Assembly (NCBI GenBank): GCA_963809665.1
Contig: CAWEKC010000001.1
Coordinates: forward strand, 6,852-70,851
DNA from: Candidatus Gottesmanbacteria bacterium
GTDB lineage: Bacteria > Patescibacteriota > Microgenomatia > UBA10105 > UBA927
Direction of reading: 5' to 3'
DNA length: 64,000 nucleotides
Each line of letters opens with the position of its first letter. Position 1 is the stretch's first letter. Position numbers and translations under genes: made by a program. Below the pieces are notes generated by a model. It made no database searches, was not told the origin of the DNA, and saw only the letters and a program-made list of their open reading frames with translations. Below are positions 11,022 to 22,485 of this stretch, piece after piece.

Positions 11022-13424
11022 ATGAGAAAATATCTCCCTCTTGCAGTACTAGCGGGTATCTGTCTGCTCTTCTTTTATAAAACGTTCCTGTTCGGCCAAG
11101 TCCCGTTTCCGGGGGATCTCCTGTTGACGCAATACGGGCCATGGCGTCATCAATCCTACGGGGGGTATGTTGCAGGTGCCATCCCGAGCAAGGACCAATA
11201 TTTTGATGTCATACGGGAGCTGTATCCGTGGAAAACAGGGGTCATCACAAGCGTAAAACAGGGAATATTTCCGCTTTGGAACCCAAATAATTTTTCCGGT
11301 GCTCCGCTTTTGGCAAACTACCAATCTCAGGTATTCTATCCGTTTACATTCCTGTATTACCTTCTGCCTCAAATTTCCGCCTGGACAATAATGGTTATGC
11401 TCCAGCCGATACTCGGATCGATATTCCTCTATTTCTTTGCAACGGAAATCGGTCTGACGTCAGCAGCTGCGCTGCTTGCTGCATTGTTATTTGATTTTTC
11501 GACTTTTGCCAGCGTTTGGATGGAATTTACCACGGTATGGCATACGATACTCTGGCTTCCGCTTCTTTTGTATCTTATCGAACGCGGTGTTAAACAAAAA
11601 TCACTGACCCTCTTCCAGCAAATTCTTTTTGTCGCGGGTCTGGTAAGCGCCATCACCGGAGGACATCCGCAGGACTTGATAAACTCATATATTTTTCTTG
11701 TCCTGTATACGTTGATACGGATAGTCACCATGCGCGATTGGACAAAAAAGGATAAATTTGCATTTATCCTTCATCCTGTTCTGCTGATTTTTACCCTTCC
11801 GTTTTTTATCACCGCGGTACAACTGCTGCCAACCATTGAACTATTCCGCAATTCCGCCCGCGTGTCTCATGACTATCAGGGCATTATCCAACATATGCTC
11901 GTTCAGTGGTGGCAAACTCCCCTTGTCGCCGTACAGGATATTTTCGGTAATCCGGCAACAGGGTCGAACTTTACCGGAGACTATGTCGGCAAAACGCTTT
12001 CCGTCGGTTTTGCCGGTTTCTTTTTTGCGGTTGCGGCAATTTTTTCCAAACACAAGTCGTGGCACAAAACATTTTTCGCATATGCAGGGGCGGGTATTCT
12101 TTTAATTACCGTCCGCACTCCGCTCACGGAGTTATTGTATCGGTACCCGTGGCCGGTACTTTCAACGGGCACGCCAACGCGGATTTTGTTTATTTTAGCG
12201 CTTTCCTTCTCAATACTTGCGGGATTCGGATATGACGCAGTCCGTCAATCAAAACGGTTTCCGTACAAAACGTGGAGCGCAGTCATTGCAGTGTTAACCG
12301 TTTTATGGATTTTCGCACTTACCCGGCCTGCGATACCGGGTATTAACTATACGGTTTCAGCCCCCTCCATAATGAAGCGCGCCTTGCTTGTTGCAACCGG
12401 AATATTCGCGGCACTTTCCGTGATTCTTCTGACAGCCCGATACAAAAAAATTCTACTTTGGGCAATAATTCCGCTAACGGTTGCAGAGCTTTTCTATAGT
12501 TTTATAAAATTCAATCCGTTTGTTCCTGTGTTGTTTGTGTACCCAAACAACACACTGATCAGCCAATTGCAGAAAATATCAGGCATTGATCGTGTCTGGG
12601 GGTACGGGACAGCGGGAATTGAGGCAAATTTTGCTACTCAGGAGCATATCTTTTCAACAGACGGCACCGATCCGTTAAATTTGAAATGGTATAACCAGTT
12701 CTTACAGTCAAGCCGGAATGGTAATATCGCGGTAACTTTTAACAGAACAACCCGTTCCGACGCACAAATCCAGCCGGGATATGGTGAACGCGATTTGCCT
12801 TCTAATGAATTCCGCCTGCGGATCATGGACACACTTGGCGTTAAATACGTCATAGACCGGCCGGAAAATCCGAAGGACAACAACACGTTCCCAATAGATC
12901 GTTTCAAAACGGTATGGCATGAAGGAGACTGGACTATATATGAAAATCTGAAGGTATCACCCAGGTTTTTCCTGACGTCTGATGTCCGGCCGTACAAAAA
13001 TACGGTTGATTTTGAGTCAAAATTCTTTGCAACCGGATTTCAACCCGGCAAAACCGTATTGGTGGCACAGAATGACTGGAACACCCTTCCGCCACTTAAC
13101 GGATCCGGAACGGCGAGTCTTATTTCTTATAATCCAAATCAAGTAATATTCTCGGTAAAAGCCGACGAACCGCAAGTTCTATTTTTAAGCGACACGTACG
13201 ATAACGGGTGGACAGCAAAAGTAAACGGCAAAGCGATAAACGTACTGATGGCTGATTATGCTTTCCGGGCAGTCCCTGTACCTAAAGGAGATTCCGTGGT
13301 CGTCTTTACATATGCCCCGAAATCTTTCCGGATTGGTATGGCTATTAGCACACTCGCATTATTTTGTTTTCTTAGCTATTGTGTAGCTAATACCTATCGT
13401 CAGAAGAATCCCCATAAGCGATAA
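11022..13424 (+). CDS. YfhO-family membrane protein (putative GT-C glycosyltransferase)
   Basis: 800 aa. PLWNPNNFSGAPLLANYQSQVFYP, GGHPQ and C-terminal LSDTYDNGWTAKVNG..ADYAFRAVPVPKG motifs. Confidence 0.85.
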   Translation: MRKYLPLAVLAGICLLFFYKTFLFGQVPFPGDLLLTQYGPWRHQSYGGYVAGAIPSKDQYFDVIRELYPWKTGVITSVKQGIFPLWNPNNFSGAPLLANYQSQVFYPFTFLYYLLPQISAWTIMVMLQPILGSIFLYFFATEIGLTSAAALLAALLFDFSTFASVWMEFTTVWHTILWLPLLLYLIERGVKQKSLTLFQQILFVAGLVSAITGGHPQDLINSYIFLVLYTLIRIVTMRDWTKKDKFAFILHPVLLIFTLPFFITAVQLLPTIELFRNSARVSHDYQGIIQHMLVQWWQTPLVAVQDIFGNPATGSNFTGDYVGKTLSVGFAGFFFAVAAIFSKHKSWHKTFFAYAGAGILLITVRTPLTELLYRYPWPVLSTGTPTRILFILALSFSILAGFGYDAVRQSKRFPYKTWSAVIAVLTVLWIFALTRPAIPGINYTVSAPSIMKRALLVATGIFAALSVILLTARYKKILLWAIIPLTVAELFYSFIKFNPFVPVLFVYPNNTLISQLQKISGIDRVWGYGTAGIEANFATQEHIFSTDGTDPLNLKWYNQFLQSSRNGNIAVTFNRTTRSDAQIQPGYGERDLPSNEFRLRIMDTLGVKYVIDRPENPKDNNTFPIDRFKTVWHEGDWTIYENLKVSPRFFLTSDVRPYKNTVDFESKFFATGFQPGKTVLVAQNDWNTLPPLNGSGTASLISYNPNQVIFSVKADEPQVLFLSDTYDNGWTAKVNGKAINVLMADYAFRAVPVPKGDSVVVFTYAPKSFRIGMAISTLALFCFLSYCVANTYRQKNPHKR

Positions 13425-15858
13425 GACTGCCCCTATCGTAAATGTTACGGGTTTGTACGTAAATATAACGGTATGGTTGCCCTTGGGTACAAAGACCGCG
13501 CGGATAGCATAATCTGCGCGATAGATTTCCGTATCCTTTCCATCAACTGCCGCGGTCCAACCCTGATAATATGTATCGGACAGAACCGCAAAACCATCCG
13601 CGGAAGACGATGTAGAAATAGCAACATAATTCAAATCATACGACGATAATAGCTGCAGACGCAGTCGATAGCGATGCATCAGTTGTAAATAACGGAACCA
13701 CCCGCGGTTCCTGCTCAAGCACCACGGTCGAGGCAAGATCCACCCCCGGATCATACAGCGTATCAATAAGTTCTTGCGGCTCTTTCCGGACTACGTACCT
13801 CGTGGCAAACACTACCCTGGGCAGAACATTTTTATATTTCCAAATACGCCATACATTATCCTCCCATATGAGGGTAAATTGGGTAGGCGGAAACCGGACT
13901 TCCGCCGTTAATTTATCTTTTAATTCCCCCTTCTTTGCTTCTAAAATATATTTCACCCCGAACAATGACATCATACGAAGTCTGTACGGGTTAGCGGTGC
14001 CGAACGAATCCCGTTCCGACATACCATACAAATCCGTATCGCTTCTCCGGATTAAACCTCCCAGTTTCCCTCCGTTATTGATTGTGGATAGCAGCTGTGC
14101 GTAACGATCCGACGATAAGTTTCCATACCCGTCTGTCGAATACCACCGGAAATATTGGGGTAAATTTTTCTCAATAAAGGCATTCCCATACCCCCAAACC
14201 CTATCGTATCCGGCAATGTCAGATAATTCCCGTATAACCGGAAGTTGAGGATACAGGAAGCGCCGTTCGCCGAAATACACGTACTTCTGGGCAAAATAAA
14301 GACCGGATACTATCGTTAAAACGAATACCATTGCAATAACCAGTTTCTTGAACCATCCGGATAGGACTATTAAAACCCATCCCGATAATAGAAAGAGTGT
14401 CGGTGCAATCAAATTTCGGAGAGAAACCGTCGCGAAGGATCCTACAGCTTTGGTTATACCCAGGAAAGTACCGATTCTGTACCAGGTAATCGATGTCTGA
14501 CCGAGACACTGGAAGACATCTTTTTGAATACACCACGCACTTATGACGATCGACCAGCCCGCTGCAATAACGAGGGAAAATAATGTTAGAACATATGCCA
14601 TTTTTTTCCTATCCGTATCCCGTAAGAATACGTCTAGTCCGTAACACGACAGAATAATGAAAGAAAACGCAGATATAGCAAATACCCGGGTCGGGTATGA
14701 ACTGGAGAGAACGGGTATATGAAGAAAATACGGGAGCCAGCTCGTCGGCAGCGCAAAACCCATCGAGAAACATATCAGTCCGAAAATAGTCCAGAATTGA
14801 AAAGTTTTTTGTCTCGCTTTAATCATTCCATAAACGGCAAACAAAAACGGAATAATTCCGATAAAAATCATTTTCTCGAAATAAAACCCGTTTCTGCCGA
14901 AATAATTATACGTTGCAGGATTACCCCAAAAATCCGGGGCAAACAGCGTTATGAGATGCGTCCACGACAACAGGTTGTTGCTGAATACAAAGCCTCCGTC
15001 TGCTGTCCCGCGTGGTGACAGAAGAAATGCCTGAATCGAAGGGACGAGCTGTATGGATGCTATGACGAGCGAACATATCAGCGCAGACATAATGAGAATT
15101 GAGGTCTTTCGATTATGATACGTATGGTCAGATGCGATAAAGCAGAATATATTCCAAACAATTACCACGACATATACGTATATGGACATCTGTAAAAACC
15201 CCCCGAGAACTGAACTGACAAGAGCGAAAACTAACAGTAAAAACCCTATAGCGCCGGATTTCCTTTCCCATAGGCGGTTGGAAGCGTACAGCGCAAGCGG
15301 CAACCACAGGAAACTATGCTCCAGCACTAATATTTCCTGCCAATACACAACCATCCAGCCGCAAAATGCATAAGCGAATGCGCCATATGCCGCGATTTCG
15401 GGACGGAATTTCATGGATTTGAGAAACAAATACATACATAGCACTGAAACAACCGGTTGAATAATTACAAGGAAATTCCACCCGTCGATCGCAGGCAGAA
15501 GCGAAGCGATGAGCGAGAAGGGATACCACACGGCTGTATCAAATGCCGCCACAAACGGTGTGCCGCTGTAGATATACGGATTCCACAACGGGACAATTCC
15601 GCTAAAGAAAGCATTCTTTAGCATGACTCTGTTCGGAAAAAACTGTCTGATATTGTCAAAACCTATGGGTTTATTCGGCGGACCGTTGGGGTACTCAGGA
15701 ACCGGCTCATATTTCCACGGAACGTATACGGATACGAGCAGATTCGACGGAAATAGAGTCTTATTCTGAAAAAATACCGGCCGGAATATTACACCGAGAA
15801 GTATAAGAGTTCCCACGAAAACCAGGAAGAAGTCCGAATATGGGAAATATTTCTTCAT
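13359..15858 (-). CDS. YfhO-family membrane protein (frameshift near 13645)
   Basis: ORF 13636..15858 (PLWNPYIYSGTP, APDFWGNP) continues into SYDLNYV..LSDTYYQGW..ADYAIRAVFVPKG (ORF 13359..13766) if one base is removed. Confidence 0.82.
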
Positions 15859-17549
15859 AACGCAGGCAAAATTGGATACAACATTTGAGAATCAACACCA
15901 ACGAATATTACATCTCCCTTTTTATCCTTCACGCTGAATTGTACCAGAATCTTTTTCGGAAATTCCGTCGGTGAACCAATGAGCATCACATGTTCTGTTC
16001 CAATGTCGGCGGCACTTGGTAATGACGGTAAAAACTCGACCGAATTGATCCTTTTGACACGGACCCAGCCGTTTGGTTCCAAAACTTTTTCTATTCCTTT
16101 TCCGGACTGGAACAGCGCCGGGTCATATTTCGTGTAAAACAGATAATAAATGTATTGTTTTGCGTCATTAACCCTACCCGAAACAATTACCCTGTCATAC
16201 CCGGGAGCAGTACGGACTATATCCTGAATAAGCTCCTGGTATCCGTAATGGGAATACACGGAATAGCGATACGGAAAAAACGTCCAATACTCAATAAGAA
16301 AAAACGATACTGCTACAAGGTAAACGAGAATACCGAAACCCAGTACATACTTCCATTTCCGGACATATGAGAGGCCTGTAACCGCACCCAATGAAAGCAA
16401 TATCGGCCATGTAGGAAACGAAATGAAGAATCTTCCGTAATGACCATCAGAAGTAAGGCTGTCGGGTATGGCGGAAAAAAGAAGCAAGCCGATAAGAATT
16501 GCTCTGGCGGGAGTAAAGTTAAGAAATACGACAACTAGCGCCATAATAAACAACGGATAATCAATAAGATATAAAAGACCTCTATCTGGTAATATTGAAT
16601 ATTGCGTACTCGTCCCGTACACGGATAACAAACTCGGCGAAAAATGATTGAGATAATTCGAGACGAATTTAGTTCCGTACGCGCTGTATTTATTAAAAAC
16701 TATCCGGCAAAGCGTACCCGGAAATACCTTGATGCAGTCACCGCGTTTCTCATTCACCAAATCTACTATGCCGATATCATTTGTCAGGTTTACCTGCTCT
16801 GATCGGGCACCGAATGCGGAGCCACCGACAGAAAACAGTATCGGTGACGCTATAAGGATGAGAAAGAATATGCCCGCTATCATCCATTTTAATGATTTTA
16901 CGTATTCTTTTCTGTACGAAATAATAACCAGCAGCAATAAAAAGGGAACCAGCAGTATGTTCGGCCGATAGACAAACAGGCTGAAACCAAATATTGCTCC
17001 TGAGGCCGTGATCCAAACCGGACGGCTTCTGCCCATAAGCAATGTCAGCAGCCCGGCGGTAATGAAAAATACCGATATAGCCTGTTCTATGGCGACACGG
17101 CTCATACCGATATGCCATGGCGAAATTGCAAGAAAAAATGCGACAAGCAACGGAAAAATATCCGAAGATAACCGGGAAGCATCCTGCTTTAAACGGAATA
17201 ATTCTTTCGCCAGTGCCCAAACCAGCAGGATGGTAAGCGACCCGAAAAATGCCGATGGAAAGCGGACAGCCAGTGGAGTGAGACCGAATACAGCGACGCT
17301 GGGGATTGTGAAGTATGTGTAAGCCGGTAACCGGAAATCCCCGAATCCCCGGAATGATGAAACCGGCCATGATGCACCCCACTGATCTTTTCCTGTTTTG
17401 AGAAGCGAGTACGCGTCATAACCGTTTTCCACTTCGTCATCGACCATTCCGATCGGATTGTGACCCAAACCTGCGAACCGTATCCACGTCCCGAATATAA
17501 ATATAATTGCTAACAATAAAAGTATAAGATATTTCCGGAAATACTTCAT
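15855..17549 (-). CDS. GT39/ArnT-like (PMT_2) GT-C glycosyltransferase
   Basis: 564 aa. DDEVENGYDAYSLLKTGKDQWG, GFGDFR, RFPSA and SPWHIGMSR motifs. Confidence 0.85.
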   Translation of the reverse strand: MKYFRKYLILLLLAIIFIFGTWIRFAGLGHNPIGMVDDEVENGYDAYSLLKTGKDQWGASWPVSSFRGFGDFRLPAYTYFTIPSVAVFGLTPLAVRFPSAFFGSLTILLVWALAKELFRLKQDASRLSSDIFPLLVAFFLAISPWHIGMSRVAIEQAISVFFITAGLLTLLMGRSRPVWITASGAIFGFSLFVYRPNILLVPFLLLLVIISYRKEYVKSLKWMIAGIFFLILIASPILFSVGGSAFGARSEQVNLTNDIGIVDLVNEKRGDCIKVFPGTLCRIVFNKYSAYGTKFVSNYLNHFSPSLLSVYGTSTQYSILPDRGLLYLIDYPLFIMALVVVFLNFTPARAILIGLLLFSAIPDSLTSDGHYGRFFISFPTWPILLSLGAVTGLSYVRKWKYVLGFGILVYLVAVSFFLIEYWTFFPYRYSVYSHYGYQELIQDIVRTAPGYDRVIVSGRVNDAKQYIYYLFYTKYDPALFQSGKGIEKVLEPNGWVRVKRINSVEFLPSLPSAADIGTEHVMLIGSPTEFPKKILVQFSVKDKKGDVIFVGVDSQMLYPILPAL

Positions 17550-17611
17550 ATCGTAACGGACATTTGTATTGTACTATAATGTTACTGGCGAGAAAACTTA
17601 TTGAACGTAAT

Positions 17612-19333
17612 ATGAATAGGAAAAAAATTACCCGGTATATTCCAGTCGTTTGTATTATTGTCCTGGCTGTTCTTTTCCGGTTTGTGTATCTTGACCGCAT
17701 CCCTACCGCAATCGGTGGCGATGAACTTGTATATCCGGTTACGGCAAAATCGGTCGTCCTGACAGGTAAAGACCTCACGGGGACATGGAATATCTTTCAG
17801 TCGCTGATTTTCCGCTATCCTCCGAACCAACAGTCAGCTGAACTACCATACTTTCTCCACATTCCTTTTAGCGGACTATTCCAATTTTCGGTACTCGCCA
17901 CCCATCTTCCGTTTGCAATTCTATCGGCTTGTACCGTGCTACTATTCTATTTACTTGGACAACTTTTATTCGGAACCACGGCGGCGTTATTTATCGGGCT
18001 TATTGCAGCGGTTAATCCGTGGCTCATCGTCATGGGACGTACCGGATACGAATCAACACCTGCTACGTTCTTTTACTTACTTGGGTTTTACCTGTTGTTA
18101 CGGCTGAAATCATGGAAGATCTTCTGGAGCATCATTCCGTTCATATTAGCCTTTTATTCCTATATAGCAACAAAAGTACTGTTTATCCCCTTTATCATTA
18201 TTTCAGCAATGATTGCGTATTTTCGGCACGGACGTATATATAAAATCCAATATGTACTGCTCGGATTATTTTCTATTCTCTTCGTTGGCTTTTTTATTGT
18301 TGCACTTTCAACTGCTCCACGGACATCACGCATATCCGAAATACTCCTGCCGAATGCACCGGAAATAACTGCTCAGGTAAATGAATCAAGAAAACTTTCC
18401 ATTAATTCACCAATTGGACCGATTCTCATCAATAAGTACTCCGTTTATGTTCAAATGCTTACAAATAAATTATTCCGGACACTATCTCCAGCGTATCTCT
18501 TTATTGAAGGCGACTTATTTTTCCCCGTGAGAGGACACGCAATGTTTTATGCCGTAGATTTAATATTCTTTCTTCTGGGCTGTCTTTTTCTGTTCAATAA
18601 AAGAAAACTCTACTTCGTCTGCGTGATGATGTATTTCCTCATCGGAGCACTTCCCCAAATGTTATTTAAATCGACAAGCGATTATTCTTTACATTTAGCG
18701 ATGATGTTTCCGGTTCTGATCGTATGTATAGGGTACGGCATGTACGGAACTGTGAGTTATTGTCCAAAACGATTCAGGTTCCTATTAGCTGGGATTGTCG
18801 CAGTAGTATACCTGGGAAGCGTCATCAATTTCGGTTATATCTATTTCCTTAAATATCCGTTACAGGAATACGGAGATGTTCACATGCGTATAGTATCAAA
18901 ATACATGGTGCTTAACCAAAAAAAGAGTATCCCCATCTCTCTTTATTCCGATTCAAATATTGATTTTCTGAATAAATATCTTTTTTATTCAAATACACTC
19001 TCACGCGATGTAATCAACTCCTTGAGAAAAACAAAATTTTCCGAAGGGTTCGTGCTTAACGGGACACATTTTTACGGATGCGATAAATCACTGAATATTA
19101 GTAACAAGTCCGGGATAGTTATTATCGATACGTCATGTCCGATAGAAACAACGGTACAACATCTGAGCATTTCGAGACTTGCTGACGGAGGAGAGATTTA
19201 TAAAATATATAACGACAGCATATGTAACGTATATAATTTGCAGCCATATCCTAAAAATATAACATTAAAACAACTTGCCATAGATTCACTGGGTGAAAAA
19301 ATTTTTTGTGAGACGTATATAAGCCGACGTTAA
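17612..19333 (+). CDS. GT39/ArnT-like GT-C glycosyltransferase, divergent paralog
   Basis: GDELVYP..TGKDLTG and NPWLIVMGRTGYE motifs. The start could be 17579 or 17612. Visibly AT-richer than its neighbours. Confidence 0.78.
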   Translation: MNRKKITRYIPVVCIIVLAVLFRFVYLDRIPTAIGGDELVYPVTAKSVVLTGKDLTGTWNIFQSLIFRYPPNQQSAELPYFLHIPFSGLFQFSVLATHLPFAILSACTVLLFYLLGQLLFGTTAALFIGLIAAVNPWLIVMGRTGYESTPATFFYLLGFYLLLRLKSWKIFWSIIPFILAFYSYIATKVLFIPFIIISAMIAYFRHGRIYKIQYVLLGLFSILFVGFFIVALSTAPRTSRISEILLPNAPEITAQVNESRKLSINSPIGPILINKYSVYVQMLTNKLFRTLSPAYLFIEGDLFFPVRGHAMFYAVDLIFFLLGCLFLFNKRKLYFVCVMMYFLIGALPQMLFKSTSDYSLHLAMMFPVLIVCIGYGMYGTVSYCPKRFRFLLAGIVAVVYLGSVINFGYIYFLKYPLQEYGDVHMRIVSKYMVLNQKKSIPISLYSDSNIDFLNKYLFYSNTLSRDVINSLRKTKFSEGFVLNGTHFYGCDKSLNISNKSGIVIIDTSCPIETTVQHLSISRLADGGEIYKIYNDSICNVYNLQPYPKNITLKQLAIDSLGEKIFCETYISRR

Positions 19334-19335
19334 GA

Positions 19336-20936
19336 TTATTTGAAAAATTTTATCACGGGAGAACCATCCGGATAGTACACGGTATCTATAACCCCCCGGG
19401 TAAATGCTTCATTCGGTAACCCTACAAAAAGTATTTTTTTCTCAGTATCAAGGAGTGATGTATTTATTGAACGGAATTGAACGTTTCCAACATGGTTACG
19501 CTGCTCTTCAAATCCTCCCGATACCGTTCCGCCCTGCCGGAGATAAACACCCGGGTCGGTGCGGCTATAGTAGAGGTAAAAAATATACGGAAAATCCAGA
19601 GAATTTGACACATAAACCGTATCGAATGAATCCTTCAGTGCAATTATTTTTTGCGTCATTTCGCGCCTTCCCACATACCAGTACGCCGCATCCTCTACGG
19701 GTAATATAATAAAATACTGATTCAGATAATACGTAAAAGACAAAAGTAATAATAAGGAAAATTATGATACGCGTGTATTTAACTTTCTCCCAAATGGTGA
19801 GAAGCCCTACTGCAGACACTATCTGAAATACGGGTAAAAATACTAACGTCCGAACGGGATGAGGTAGCTGAAGGGTAAATGCGGCAGCAACAGGGGAAAC
19901 AAGAATCCACCAGAATAACGCCGAAGACGAAGAATCCCATTTACGTACCAGCATATATAGCCCGACTAAAAGAAACGGTAATTCAAACAGATACAAAAGC
20001 CCTACGTCAGGAGCGCGGTACTTATCGATCGACTTATCTAAAAACAGGAAATTCGGGTCAAAATGAGAAAAATACCCGCGCAAAAACGTGATCGCGTATA
20101 TCACGCGACGGTTGTTGAACACGGCAAGCACACCGAGTCCTTTTTTCTTGATCGAGTGCAATCCGTGATACAGATTTTTTCAGATCCTCCGGATTGGTAA
20201 ACGCACTCACACCTGCCGCGCGCATTTGTCCCTGAGGCGACAACGACAGCCTGATAATCGGCAATAGGAGAATGAGGGCAATCACGATACCTAGTCCGAC
20301 TGCAATTTTTTGCTTCCATAATTCCTTCGCATACACAACTGCTAATCCCAGAACGAGAAGCGGCACGAAAATTCTTGCTGACAGATACGTCCAGATTGCG
20401 AGAGAAAATACGATAGCCGACAACAGGAACGCCCACCATTTTTTTAACCCAAGTAAAAAAAGGTATGATCCCGACACAACGAAAAAAACCGCAACATTTG
20501 CCTCATATCCCGCACGCGAAAATTGAAGCGACCATGGGGAAATGGCCAGTAAAAATGAGGCAATGAGGGCAAGACGGTGCGATAGTTTGTAATCCCAGCG
20601 CGAAAAAAGTTTTTTGGTGAAAAAATAGGTAACGAGGACCGTCAGTGTGCCGAATATTGCGGAAGGAAACCGGACAGAAAAGTCATTATATCCGAATATC
20701 TTCATACTGCCGGTTACCAAGTAGACATATACCGGCATTTTGTAATCATCGAATGACCGGAACGTAAGCGGATACTTAATACCGTATTCATCACGTCCGG
20801 TTTTGAGGATGGAATACGCGTTATATCCGATAGCTACTTCATCAGAATTAAGCGCCGGTGGAACGTCTGTTAATTGGTAAAAACGTAAAAATCCCGCCAA
20901 TAATACAATGAGAAAGAGCCACAGATATTTCCTCAT
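19336..20936 (-). CDS. GT39/ArnT-like (PMT_2) GT-C glycosyltransferase (two frameshifts, near 20145 and 19742)
   Basis: Three consecutive ORFs (20058..20936, 19565..20161, 19336..19743) are collinear with 6052..7701. Each joins by removing one base (A6 to A5, T4 to T3). Confidence 0.82.
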
Positions 20937-20940
20937 AGAA

Positions 20941-22482
20941 TTATTCTTTCATGCTTCTTATATCATATACCCCGACCAAAGGCACCCCATCAAGCGATAC
21001 CGCGTATATTGGTTTCTCCTGTTTTAAAATGCGTACGGCGAACGGGTCGGAATTAATAAATCCCTGTCGCATGAGGATAATCATATACTGGCATCCGTCT
21101 CTCCCTGCATTGAAGGTAACATCTGCGCTCAGTTGTCCCATTGCCTTGTAATAATATAACGCGTGCGCGGCAGGAGTGGTACACATTATTTTGTCTTTAT
21201 TATAGTTCATCCATGGCAGCATGCCTATATAAGAATTCCCCCAGAACTCCGACTCAAACCCCAAACGTGCAGCCCCCTGTGTACCGCCGACAAATTCATT
21301 ATAATATGCAGATTCCCATGGATGGATGCGGATGACCGATGTGTATACGGTATATACCCATAAAATAATTACCACTGCTGCCGCCAGAAGCCGTATACGG
21401 CCGCGTAAAAATCCTAAAACAACCCAGATGCCTCTGCCTGCAATAAGGCAAACGAACGGATACGCGGGCAAAAATAACCGGATCCAATCGTATCGGTACA
21501 CTCCGGGCAAAGAAAAGAAAACGATCGGAAATAACGCATTGAGAAGTATAAAACGGTCCCATATTCTTCCTTTTTGAACAGTCCAGAACGATCCGATGGC
21601 AAAAAATATCAGTACGAACGCGGGAGTTGTTACGAAAAACATAATCGGGGTGTACCACCAGGGAGCGGCAGCGTATACGTGTCCGAAAATATATTCCGGA
21701 ATGCTGCGGTAAATAAACTGTAACCGGAGATATTCTCCTAAGTGGGCTACCGGGGACAACCATAACCATGGCCAACCGATGTAATATACGGCAAAGGCAA
21801 CACTCACGACACAGAGGAGTTTTCCGGCAGCCCTGATGATTGTATTCTGCTTATATTTTGTATGTAAGAGATTCTTATATGTCCACAACCAATATCCGGT
21901 GACGGGAATAAACAGAAGAAACCCGTATAGTTTTGTGAGAAGCCCTAGTCCAATGCATACACCCGAAACCGTCATCCATAGATAGCTTTTCATACCTTTT
22001 ATTGCCGTTATTACGGCAATAAACCACAGTGCGGCAACTGCATAATCCAACGTGACAAGCGGAGTCAGAAACAATACATGCGGAAGTAATGAGAAAATCA
22101 GAGGCGTCAATATACCAATGCCATAACCGAACTGTCCGATTGCAATATACGTAAAAAGAAGGATAAACGGGAAAACAAACAGAAGCGACGAAATGCGATA
22201 TCCGCGGGTATTGTCGATACTTCGCAGTTTGTTCGTTAATATTTCATGCGTCACGCCGGCGATCAGTTTACGAAACGGCGGATGTATGTCGTCCGGTCTG
22301 GGCATAAAAAAATTATCCCTGTCTGAAGGCACCGGACGTTTGAACCATGCAACATACTGAACTGCGTAACGCATATAGATTGGCTCGTCCCATGTGATAC
22401 CAAAGTCATTCAGTACGATGAAGATAATAATGGTAACGAGGGATGCAACGGAAAACGAAACGACAAACCGTTTGAAATTCAT
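20941..22482 (-). CDS. ArnT/PMT_2-like GT-C glycosyltransferase
   Basis: 513 aa multi-TM protein. FGITWDEP, HPPF, GLGLLTK and RYDWIRLF motifs. Confidence 0.78.
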   Translation of the reverse strand: MNFKRFVVSFSVASLVTIIIFIVLNDFGITWDEPIYMRYAVQYVAWFKRPVPSDRDNFFMPRPDDIHPPFRKLIAGVTHEILTNKLRSIDNTRGYRISSLLFVFPFILLFTYIAIGQFGYGIGILTPLIFSLLPHVLFLTPLVTLDYAVAALWFIAVITAIKGMKSYLWMTVSGVCIGLGLLTKLYGFLLFIPVTGYWLWTYKNLLHTKYKQNTIIRAAGKLLCVVSVAFAVYYIGWPWLWLSPVAHLGEYLRLQFIYRSIPEYIFGHVYAAAPWWYTPIMFFVTTPAFVLIFFAIGSFWTVQKGRIWDRFILLNALFPIVFFSLPGVYRYDWIRLFLPAYPFVCLIAGRGIWVVLGFLRGRIRLLAAAVVIILWVYTVYTSVIRIHPWESAYYNEFVGGTQGAARLGFESEFWGNSYIGMLPWMNYNKDKIMCTTPAAHALYYYKAMGQLSADVTFNAGRDGCQYMIILMRQGFINSDPFAVRILKQEKPIYAVSLDGVPLVGVYDIRSMKE

Positions 22483-22485
22483 ATC

